DNA from: Acidobacteriota bacterium
GTDB taxonomy: Bacteria; Acidobacteriota; Terriglobia; Acidiferrales; UBA7541
Direction: 5' to 3'
Assembly: GCA_003224235.1 (NCBI GenBank)
Contig: QHYU01000205.1
Coordinates: 1-13,285, forward strand
Length of the DNA stretch: 13,285 nt
Positions 7,543-13,285 of the stretch are shown here, in pieces (the stretch's first letter is position 1; each line of letters starts with the position of its first letter). A program made the translations under genes and the position numbers. A model generated the notes under the pieces. The model was not told where the DNA came from. It did no database searches and saw only the letters and a program-made list of their open reading frames with translations.

Positions 7543-8886
7543 ATGCCAACCGGATTGCTGATCGCAATTTCGCTATTGCTGTTTGCCGGGGGCGCAGGAT
7601 CACAGCCCCTACGAGTGACGACACCTGTGAAGCTAGAGCAGACGTCTCCAGCAGTGCCACCTGAGGCGGGTGCCCACACGGGCGTAGTGGCTCCGGCTGC
7701 GCCGGAGTTTGACGTGAAGGCGGCAGTGGACACTTACCTGGCTAAGGTGCCGCCGGACAAGCGGGCGAAGTCCGATGCGTACTTCGAGGGTGGCTATTGG
7801 CTGACCCTGTGGGATTTTCTTTATGGCGCCGCGATCATGCTCCTGTTGCTGGCCACGGGCGCTTCTGTGCGGATGCGTGACTTCGCCGAGCGCATCGCAC
7901 CCTGGAAACCGGCCCAGACAGCCCTTTACTTCGTGCAGTTCCTGGTCGCCGTCAGCGCGCTCGGATTTCCGTTGACGTACTACGAGGGTTTCGTGCGCGA
8001 GCACAAGTACGGTCTAGCTACCCAGACGTTCGGGCCATGGATGCGCGACCAGGTGGTCGGCCTCACGGTCGCGTTGGTGCTGGGCAGCCTGCTCGTGATG
8101 GCGCTCTTCGGCGTCGTGCGTCGCGTCGGGAAAAGCTGGTGGGTATGGGGGGCTGGGGTAACCACTGTCTTTTTCGCATTTGCCATACTTATTGGCCCCG
8201 TCTATATCGCGCCGCTCTTCAACACCTACAAGAAGCTGGCAGACCCGAAGATCAAGGAAACGATTCTGAGCATGGCGCGCGCGAACGGGATTCCGGTCAC
8301 CGAAGTGTATGAGATGGACGCCTCGCGGCAGACCACGCGCGTTAGCGCCAACGTGAGCGGCTTTCTCGGCACTGAGCGCATCACACTGAACGACAACCTG
8401 CTGAGGCGCTGCTCGCCGGCGGAGATCCAAGCGGTGATGGGTCACGAGATGGGGCATTACGTGCTGAATCATGCTTATAAGGGGCTGGTCTTCTTCGGCG
8501 TCATCATCCTTGGCGGCTTTGCGTTTCTGAACTGGGGAGAGAACTGGTCGCTCGCGCGTTGGGGCCAGCGTTGGGGCATTCACGGAATGACGGACGTGGC
8601 AGTGATCCCACTTGTGGCACTGATTTTCTCGATTTTTGGTTTCGTGACCACGCCAATCACCAACACCATCATCCGCACGCTGGAGTACGAGGCTGACCTC
8701 TACGGACTAAACGCCAGCCAACAGCCCGACGGCGAGGCCGAGGTGGACTTGAAGTTGGGGGAATACCGTAAACTGGACCCGGGACCCATCGAAGAGTTCC
8801 TCTTCTTTGACCATCCGAGCGGGCGCACGCGTATCACCGCCGCCATGCGCTGGAAGAAAGAACACCTAAGGACAGGCGAAAGGTAG
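7543..8886 (+). CDS. M48 family zinc metallopeptidase, Ste24/CAAX-prenyl-protease-like multi-pass membrane protein
   Basis: HEMGH zinc-binding motif (AVMGHEMGHYVLNHA). Multiple hydrophobic helices, and a C-terminal EYEADLYGL...FDHPS...RI block typical of the Ste24 subfamily. Start chosen at the ATG at 7543 (MPTGLLIAISLLLFAGG, signal/TM-like), preceded by GAGGAGAG. The ORF track's 7480 start, or a GTG at 7531, are alternatives. Confidence 0.82.
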   Translation: MPTGLLIAISLLLFAGGAGSQPLRVTTPVKLEQTSPAVPPEAGAHTGVVAPAAPEFDVKAAVDTYLAKVPPDKRAKSDAYFEGGYWLTLWDFLYGAAIMLLLLATGASVRMRDFAERIAPWKPAQTALYFVQFLVAVSALGFPLTYYEGFVREHKYGLATQTFGPWMRDQVVGLTVALVLGSLLVMALFGVVRRVGKSWWVWGAGVTTVFFAFAILIGPVYIAPLFNTYKKLADPKIKETILSMARANGIPVTEVYEMDASRQTTRVSANVSGFLGTERITLNDNLLRRCSPAEIQAVMGHEMGHYVLNHAYKGLVFFGVIILGGFAFLNWGENWSLARWGQRWGIHGMTDVAVIPLVALIFSIFGFVTTPITNTIIRTLEYEADLYGLNASQQPDGEAEVDLKLGEYRKLDPGPIEEFLFFDHPSGRTRITAAMRWKKEHLRTGER

Positions 8887-8934
8887 CGGGAGCACAACGT
8901 TCGCCGGACTTCGAGACCGACTGTCAACAAAGAC

Positions 8935-8975
8935 GCAAGGGCATTCCGGCCCAATTGGGATCGGGATGCCCTTGC
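8935..8975. terminator. nested palindrome between convergent genes (10-bp stem GCAAGGGCAT/ATGCCCTTGC enclosing the CCCAATTGGG palindrome); candidate bidirectional terminator
   Basis: The arms are perfectly complementary and read directly from the sequence. The element lies in the 120-bp gap between the M48 peptidase stop (8886) and the secreted-protein stop (9008). There is no clear U-tract, so intrinsic-terminator function is uncertain. Confidence 0.35.
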
Positions 8976-9007
8976 CTGTGGAACGGCTATATCGCGATAT
9001 CCGACGG

Positions 9008-9904
9008 TTATGGTCTTGCTGCGACTTCTTTGACTTTGGCTCCCTTTTTGACTACTGCGGCAACAGCTTTTGCAGCCGGCTTCGGGGTCCAGAAGTCCGG
9101 ATCGGCCGAGGCCACTTCTTGGGAGACATAGCTCATCTTCGGGTTGAAAAGGAAGATGCTAGTTTCTGTGTCCAGGGTGCCGGCGTTGGCCAACTCGCGC
9201 AACCTCCGCTGCCCCTCTTCGCCGGTCGCTTCCTGGTAAGCCTTTCCGTGCGTTTCCGGAAAAGCGTCCACCTCGGCGAGCGATTTCAGAGGCTGGAAGG
9301 CCAGGTAGGTCCCGTTGGGCATGCCGGAAATGATCTGGAAAACGGCCCAGTGCTCGGGCACGTTGGCCTTTTCGTGCGCAGCTCGGACGATTTTATTGGC
9401 CTCGGTGTAATCGTTCTCGTGGCCCGGGCGGATGCGAAACGTTGTCACGTAGAAATAACGCATCTGCCCGATGTTCACGCCGCCCGGACGGTAGCTCAAG
9501 TCTTCGCGATAGCGAGCCACGATGCTGCGGACGCCGGAGAGAACCTCTCCGTCTTTTTCACCAAGCTGATCGAGCTGGGCGGTTAGCACCGCGTTCTTTT
9601 CGTTATCCAGCCGGTCTTTTTCCCAGGCCGCCAATGAATCGAAGCCGCTCACGAACCATGCTTCGCTCGGGCCGGTCACAGACACCATCGCGATATAATG
9701 CGTCGGCGACTTCACGCTGGCGAAAGCGCTGGGCCATCCGGCTTCTATTTTCTCGTGCGCAGCCCCTTTTCCGGGCTTCACTTCCTCGCGGAATATTTGA
9801 ATCACTTTCGGCGGGCTCGAAGGCGCCTGCTCTTGCGCCAAAACTATCGAGGTTGCGGATAGAAACAGACACGCGGCGACAGATAGAAATACACTTTTCT
9901 TCAC
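9008..9904 (-). CDS. secreted protein of unknown function (signal peptide)
   Basis: Start corrected to the GTG at 9904. It is preceded by a perfect AAGGAG SD with a 6-nt spacer, giving VKKSVFLSVAACLFLSATSIVLAQEQ, a classic Sec signal peptide. The ORF track's TTG at 9943 adds 13 residues that precede the SD. I recognise no domain in the mature part. Confidence 0.65.
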   Translation of the reverse strand: MKKSVFLSVAACLFLSATSIVLAQEQAPSSPPKVIQIFREEVKPGKGAAHEKIEAGWPSAFASVKSPTHYIAMVSVTGPSEAWFVSGFDSLAAWEKDRLDNEKNAVLTAQLDQLGEKDGEVLSGVRSIVARYREDLSYRPGGVNIGQMRYFYVTTFRIRPGHENDYTEANKIVRAAHEKANVPEHWAVFQIISGMPNGTYLAFQPLKSLAEVDAFPETHGKAYQEATGEEGQRRLRELANAGTLDTETSIFLFNPKMSYVSQEVASADPDFWTPKPAAKAVAAVVKKGAKVKEVAARP

Positions 9905-10015
9905 TTTGATCTCCTTTAGGACGTGCAAGCGGAGCGCGGACAACAGTAGCCGGCGGGATGCGGGCTTTGCGTACGGCCGGTTATTCTTGGAGGCGCCCAG
10001 ATGTGATGCGCCGTG

Positions 10016-10043
10016 AGCATACTACGTTTACCGCACAAGTCAA
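10016..10043 (-). promoter_or_regulatory. candidate sigma70-type promoter for the secreted-protein gene (minus-strand TTGACT, 16-nt spacer, TATGCT)
   Basis: The minus strand reads TTGACTtgtgcggtaaacgtagTATGCT, about 110 nt upstream of the 9904 start. This is a pattern match only. Confidence 0.3.
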
Positions 10044-10177
10044 TACATTCCTGAGATGGAAACCCGCCAGGGTCGAGCTCAGCCACGCGCGAGGATGCAC
10101 CGCAGGCGGGTGAAGCGACCCAGAGGAGGTCGAGGCTTGGGCGGACCGCCGAAGGTGGGTGGGGCGCGCCCAGGACC

Positions 10178-10729
10178 TCACCGCGGGTGCGTGAACCCAC
10201 ACTCCCTCCACAGTTTTTCCCAATTCCAGATTCCGTAAGCGGCCGGGCCCGGCAGCGAGAATCCGAGCTGCCGCGCCAGCATGCACGCCTGTCCGCGATG
10301 ATGCACGTCATGCGAGACCATGTAGGCAAACATGGCGGCGCCCGCAGGCCATGGCCTCGCCCAACCGTCCCGGCGAAAGTGCTTGACGCGGCCCCCGGGA
10401 CCGGCCAGGGCGTCCGCGAGCATCTGCGAGCAGCGCGCAGCGCTCTCGGCCAGTGCAGCCCGGACCTGCTTCTGGGTACAGCGAGTGCGGTCGAGCGGGG
10501 CCGGCAGCTTCAGATGTGGGGCTGAGAGCCTCAGCCACTTGCGGCGAATGTTGTGCATGTGCGCGAAGATTGCGGCGATGGTGCGTCCTCTGCCGCCGGG
10601 CGGCTTGGCCCGCCACGCGTGAGGGTCGAGATGCTCGAGCAGGATTTGGTTGATTCGGTCGTTGACCGTGTAAATCTCCAGCAGCGCCTGGCAAAAGTCG
10701 AGAGGGGCTGCAGCAACGAGGCGGGCCAT
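10178..10729 (-). CDS. DinB/YfiT-like (DinB_2 superfamily) putative metal-dependent hydrolase
   Basis: 183 aa from the ATG at 10729. That ATG is preceded by a perfect AAGGAGG SD with a 5-nt spacer (plus-strand CCTCCTT at 10735-10741). C-terminal motif YMVSHDVHHRGQACMLARQLG matches the DinB-family His-containing four-helix bundle. The ORF track's 252-aa version (10936) adds a proline/arginine-rich non-coding-looking N-terminus. Confidence 0.72.
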   Translation of the reverse strand: MARLVAAAPLDFCQALLEIYTVNDRINQILLEHLDPHAWRAKPPGGRGRTIAAIFAHMHNIRRKWLRLSAPHLKLPAPLDRTRCTQKQVRAALAESAARCSQMLADALAGPGGRVKHFRRDGWARPWPAGAAMFAYMVSHDVHHRGQACMLARQLGFSLPGPAAYGIWNWEKLWRECGFTHPR

Positions 10730-11287
10730 CCGGACCTCCTTGTAGTCACGAAGCATACCGAGCGGCGCCGGCCAGGGCAATGGCTCAGGAGGGCTGCGCT
10801 GGCGAGCAATGGGCCGTCGCCACAGGCATGGCTCAGCCTTACCTGCAATTCTCTTTGGCAGTTTTACTAGGTCCGAGATCAGAGTTGGCTCAGGTTTCCG
10901 AAACCGTTTCCTTGCGGGCTTTCCCAGCCCGCCCACAATGGCTTGAAGAGTTATGTCCGATTGTCGCGAGTGTTTTCCAGGAGAGGCGCTAGCCTATTTC
11001 AAAACCCTGTAGACGCTTTTCGGCACACGTGCCAATGCGTCGGGTTGTCGATGGGGACGCGAGAGCGAAGATACAGAATCTTCAACTGTGGGGACCTCTC
11101 GTACATCTTGGCGAATCTCGGCGCAATTCAAATCAACTTGCTACAACTACTGAACCGGTTGAACCTGAGAGGGTTGCAGGGTTTTCCGCCTTCCATTCAA
11201 CAAGTTACTTTTTCGTTCGAAATGGTCTCCGGAACCAGAGCACGCTGTTGGATTCTTCACGGACGCGCCGTTGTATTCACCCGCTCG

Positions 11288-11370
11288 CCGGGGGCGTTGC
11301 CGGCGAAAAGCCCCCGGGTCTGAAGACCCGGGCTACAGGGCCTTGCCGTAGGGGCACGGCATGCCGTGCC
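11288..11370. other. cluster of three perfect GC-rich hairpins in a non-coding lower-GC island
   Basis: Hairpin 1: CCGGGGGC (11288-11295) pairs with GCCCCCGG (11310-11317). Hairpin 2: CCCGGGTC (11313-11320), loop TGAA, GACCCGGG (11325-11332). Hairpin 1's 3' arm overlaps hairpin 2's 5' arm, so the two are mutually exclusive. Hairpin 3 is the perfect 18-nt palindrome GGCACGGCATGCCGTGCC (11353-11370). All read directly from the sequence. Confidence 0.5.
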
Positions 11371-11490
11371 GCGCATGCTTCGACGCAAATCAGTCTTCCT
11401 GAGTCGAAAGGAAATAATTGGTTTGAACGATGAACCTCCAGTTTCCGATAAGCGCGTTGAGCGACATCTAGAGCCCAGCCGAGTTTCGAT

Positions 11491-12123
11491 TTGTCAATCT
11501 CGGCGGTGCTGCTCTGCGGATTTTTCTGCTGGACTGCATGGAGGAACTGGGTTGTAATCCTGCCAATGCAAACGCTTGGCTTGTCCGATTCGACGCCGCG
11601 GACCGAGAGCCGCCTCAAGAGCCTCTTCTGGCCTTCCATTCAGACGGGTAGTGACGTGGATTATCTGGGAGCGCAGGGTTACTGGGTCTGTGCAGTGGTG
11701 GCAGTTTTTTCTTTTATTTTCTCCGCCATCTCGGGTCATGCGATTGCCGGCGCGATTGTCCTGGTGTTTTACTACCTGGGTGGTGTAGGCGTGCGGGAAC
11801 GTAGCCGTTATGCAGCGGCAGTCGTCCTAGGTTTGTTTGCTGCGGACATGCTGGCCTCTGGGCCAAGTGTGCTGAGGGTGCTCATAGCGGCGCTGCTGCT
11901 TTCCAACCTCCGAGCGACTTGGATTGCTTCGCGTTGGAAACCTGAGTCGGACGAAGCTATCCTGCCGCCACGCTTGGGCGAGACATGGAGCGACAAGTTT
12001 GTCGACAAGTTACCGATGTGGCTTTGGCCCAAGGTGCGGGTTCTGTATTACGTGCTGTCCGCTTGTTTTTTGGTGTTTGTTGCTATTGGGCTGGTGGTGA
12101 TGATTCTCCGTCGCGCTTCGTGA
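11491..12123 (+). CDS. hypothetical integral membrane protein (about 4 TM helices)
   Basis: Long hydrophobic segments (YWVCAVVAVFSFIFSAI, AIVLVFYYLGGVGV, AAAVVLGLFAADMLASG, VLYYVLSACFLVFVAIGLVVMIL). The frame is open from the stop at 11458-60. The start is uncertain: TTG 11491, GTG 11515 or ATG 11566. No recognisable family. Confidence 0.5.
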   Translation: MSISAVLLCGFFCWTAWRNWVVILPMQTLGLSDSTPRTESRLKSLFWPSIQTGSDVDYLGAQGYWVCAVVAVFSFIFSAISGHAIAGAIVLVFYYLGGVGVRERSRYAAAVVLGLFAADMLASGPSVLRVLIAALLLSNLRATWIASRWKPESDEAILPPRLGETWSDKFVDKLPMWLWPKVRVLYYVLSACFLVFVAIGLVVMILRRAS

Positions 12124-12156
12124 GCCGCCCAAAACGTCTGCGATATAAGAGACGGA

Positions 12157-12611
12157 TTAACTGCTTTTCGGGAGATAGGCAAGGAGCTTCTGCGCGAGGT
12201 CTTTCAGAAGACTGTCGCTCGCCGGCTTCTTTTCGATGGTCAGTGTCCACTTCCCTTGCGCGTCGCGTTGGAAGCGCACGTGCGTCTGGAGGACAATTGA
12301 CACGGCAGTCGCAAGTGCCAAGGTCGCGCCAGCGTCAAACTTTGAGGGGGTCTCGGGAAGATTCGCGGCCATCGTCGCGATGGCCTGGCGTGTTTCCGGG
12401 TCTTCGGCCAGCACGAGTAGCGCCTGGCGCGCAAGTTCTCCTTCGGAAACGGCCGCTGGTTGTGCCGATAACTCAAACGCATCCGCGACAGCCTGGCGAA
12501 CGTCCGCTGTCCAGGGTATTGTGTCGGCTCCAGCCTGAGCGCGCGAGCGATGAGGGATAAGAGGCGCTGGGCTGTGACGTCGTCAAGCGTTCGAATCAAA
12601 TCGTTCATCAC
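12157..12611 (-). pseudogene. small hypothetical protein split by an apparent -1/+1 frameshift near 12535-12550 (CGCGCGC run)
   Basis: The N-terminal 25 aa (MMNDLIRTLDDVTAQRLLSLIARA) are protein-like in one frame and then become R/P-rich junk. The downstream frame is coding-like from about 12540 (AGADTIPWTADVRQAVADAFELSAQPAAVSEGELARQALLVLAEDPETRQAIATMAANLPETP...LLAYLPKSS), but its upstream extension is junk. It lies immediately downstream (same strand) of the TPR-like gene. Confidence 0.45.
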
Positions 12612-12630
12612 TCATCTTCCACGTAAATCC

Positions 12631-13285
12631 TTACGGACCTGGTGTGGGCATGGGGCCAAGTCCGGCTTCCTTCCACAGAGCCTCGAGCTTGGTCTTGTCT
12701 GCGGCGGGCGCCCTCTGATAGCTCACCAGGAAGTTATCTACGGTCTGGCGCACGGCGCGGGGATCATTAGCTCGGTGGAATATCGGGATCGCCTTGATCA
12801 GCCATTGGCCGGACTCGACGAAGTGAGCCTGCAAAGCTGCAAGGATGCCTAACTGCCCGTAGGTCATGGCGGCGCCGTGCTCGTCGCCCAGTTTCTCGTC
12901 TATCGCCAGCGACTTGCGATACCACGCTTCCGCCCCAGCAAAATCGCCTCGCTCCTCCGCGACTCTCCCCAGTTCGTGATAGGTCTTGGCGGCGCCGTGC
13001 TCGTCGCCCAGTTTCTCGTCTATCGCCAGCGACTTGCGATACCACGCCTCCGCCGCAACAAAATCGCGTCGCACCTGCGCGACGGTCCCCAGTTGGTGAT
13101 AGGTGCTGGCGGCGCCGTGCTCGTCGCCCAGTTTCTCCTCGATCGCCAGCGACTTGCGATACCACGCCTCCGCCCCAGCAAAATCGCGTCGCACCTGCGC
13201 GACGATCCCCAGTTGGTGATAGGTGCCGGCGGCGCCGTGCTCGTCGCCCAGTTTCTCCTCGATCGCCAGCGACTTGCGATACCAC
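12631..13285 (-). CDS. TPR-like repeat protein built from near-identical 40-aa repeats, C-terminal part (5' end outside window)
   Basis: Repeated unit GDEHGAA(K/M/S)TY(H/G)(E/Q)LG.VA..R.DF..AEAWYRKSLAI(D/E)EKL. The track's 'M' at 13194 is an internal GTG (Val), and the frame is open to the window edge (…WYRKSLAIEEKLGDEHGAAGTYHQLGIVAQVRRDF…). A non-repeat C-terminal tail runs from 12631 to about 12760. Confidence 0.7.
   Translation of the reverse strand, partial: WYRKSLAIEEKLGDEHGAAGTYHQLGIVAQVRRDFAGAEAWYRKSLAIEEKLGDEHGAASTYHQLGTVAQVRRDFVAAEAWYRKSLAIDEKLGDEHGAAKTYHELGRVAEERGDFAGAEAWYRKSLAIDEKLGDEHGAAMTYGQLGILAALQAHFVESGQWLIKAIPIFHRANDPRAVRQTVDNFLVSYQRAPAADKTKLEALWKEAGLGPMPTPGP
12868..13285. 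repeat. 120-bp tandem direct repeats, about 3.5 copies in the window and continuing beyond it, about 90-95% identical
   Basis: Copies start at 12868, 12988, 13108 and 13228, each beginning GGCGGCGCCGTGCTCGTCGCCCAGTTTCTC. Copies 2 and 3 differ at about 6 of 120 nt. A more degenerate copy lies at 12748-12867. The array is in frame (40 codons) within the TPR-like gene. Confidence 0.9.

Noticed and set aside
8014-8583. 189-aa minus-strand ORF and other ORFs (7633-8004, 7980-8186, 8037-8312) overlapping the M48 peptidase
   Set aside because: They are antisense or alternative-frame to a gene with an unambiguous HEMGH motif, and are Arg/His/Pro-rich.
8966-9586. 206-aa + strand ORF and 9442-9909 / 9603-9872 ORFs overlapping the secreted-protein gene
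   Set aside because: The minus-strand gene has a perfect SD/GTG/signal-peptide arrangement, and these translations are low-complexity.
9944-10177. ORFs 9916-10329 and 9981-10286 (minus) read as a possible N-terminal or overlapping partner of the DinB gene
   Set aside because: They are Arg/Pro/Ala-rich with no motifs. The region is better explained as the 3' intergenic region of the DinB gene plus the promoter and 5'UTR of the secreted-protein gene.
10943-11433. ORFs 10943-11323 (+), 11029-11433 (+) and 11277-11639 (-) in the lower-GC island
   Set aside because: Their translations are S/T/R-rich, read straight through the perfect hairpins, and have no SD or recognisable motifs. I treat the region as non-coding.
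10937-11490. Possible known structured RNA in the non-coding island (tmRNA, RNase P, SRP, 6S, TPP/cobalamin/glycine/fluoride riboswitch) or a tRNA
   Set aside because: By-eye checks found no hallmark motifs. Those checked were the RNase P GGAAAGUCCGG/ACAGAACCCGGCUUA pair, SRP GGAAGCAGCCA, the TPP CUGAGA...CUGGAUAAUGCCAGCG pair, cobalamin GCCACUG, and the tRNA T-loop GGTTCGAATCC. The CUGAGAGGG at about 11165 is not supported by the rest of a TPP aptamer. Only a covariance-model scan could settle this.
12767-13285. 172-aa minus-strand ORF in a different frame across the 120-bp repeats (RRARRR…SQVAGDR repeats)
   Set aside because: It is a frame-shadow of the TPR-like repeat gene. The Arg-rich repeat is not protein-like, whereas the other frame gives canonical TPR-like helices and stays open to the window edge.
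1-13285. CRISPR arrays, rRNA/tRNA genes, integrases/transposases and terminal inverted repeats
   Set aside because: None were seen. There are no regularly spaced short direct repeats, no T-loop-like motifs in tRNA context, and no recombinase-like ORFs. The only tandem repeat is the in-frame 120-bp protein-coding repeat at the 3' end.

Overview
This is a GC-rich (about 60-65% in coding parts) bacterial chromosomal segment of about 13.3 kb. I find 12-13 genes and no rRNA, tRNA, CRISPR array or transposase.

The 5' end carries a dTDP-L-rhamnose biosynthesis cluster. The 3' end of rmlD on the + strand converges on an rmlA-rmlB pair on the - strand; rmlC is not in the window.

The rest is an accessory-like mixture. 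In order: a secreted beta-lactamase-family serine hydrolase; a two-gene module (wHTH-fused minimal nucleotidyltransferase followed by a HEPN gene with an in-frame TAG); an SPFH/flotillin-like protein with no N-terminal membrane anchor; a Ste24-like M48 metallopeptidase; a secreted protein of unknown function; a DinB/YfiT-family protein; a roughly 630-bp lower-GC non-coding island with three consecutive perfect GC hairpins, two of them mutually exclusive; a 4-TM membrane protein; a small frameshifted gene; and the 3' part of a TPR-like protein built from near-identical 120-bp tandem repeats that runs off the window.

Several six-frame ORFs are N-terminally over-extended (TTG/GTG pseudo-starts). 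I corrected starts where a clear Shine-Dalgarno and start-codon pair is visible. Many long ORFs on the opposite strand of real genes are high-GC shadow ORFs and were rejected.
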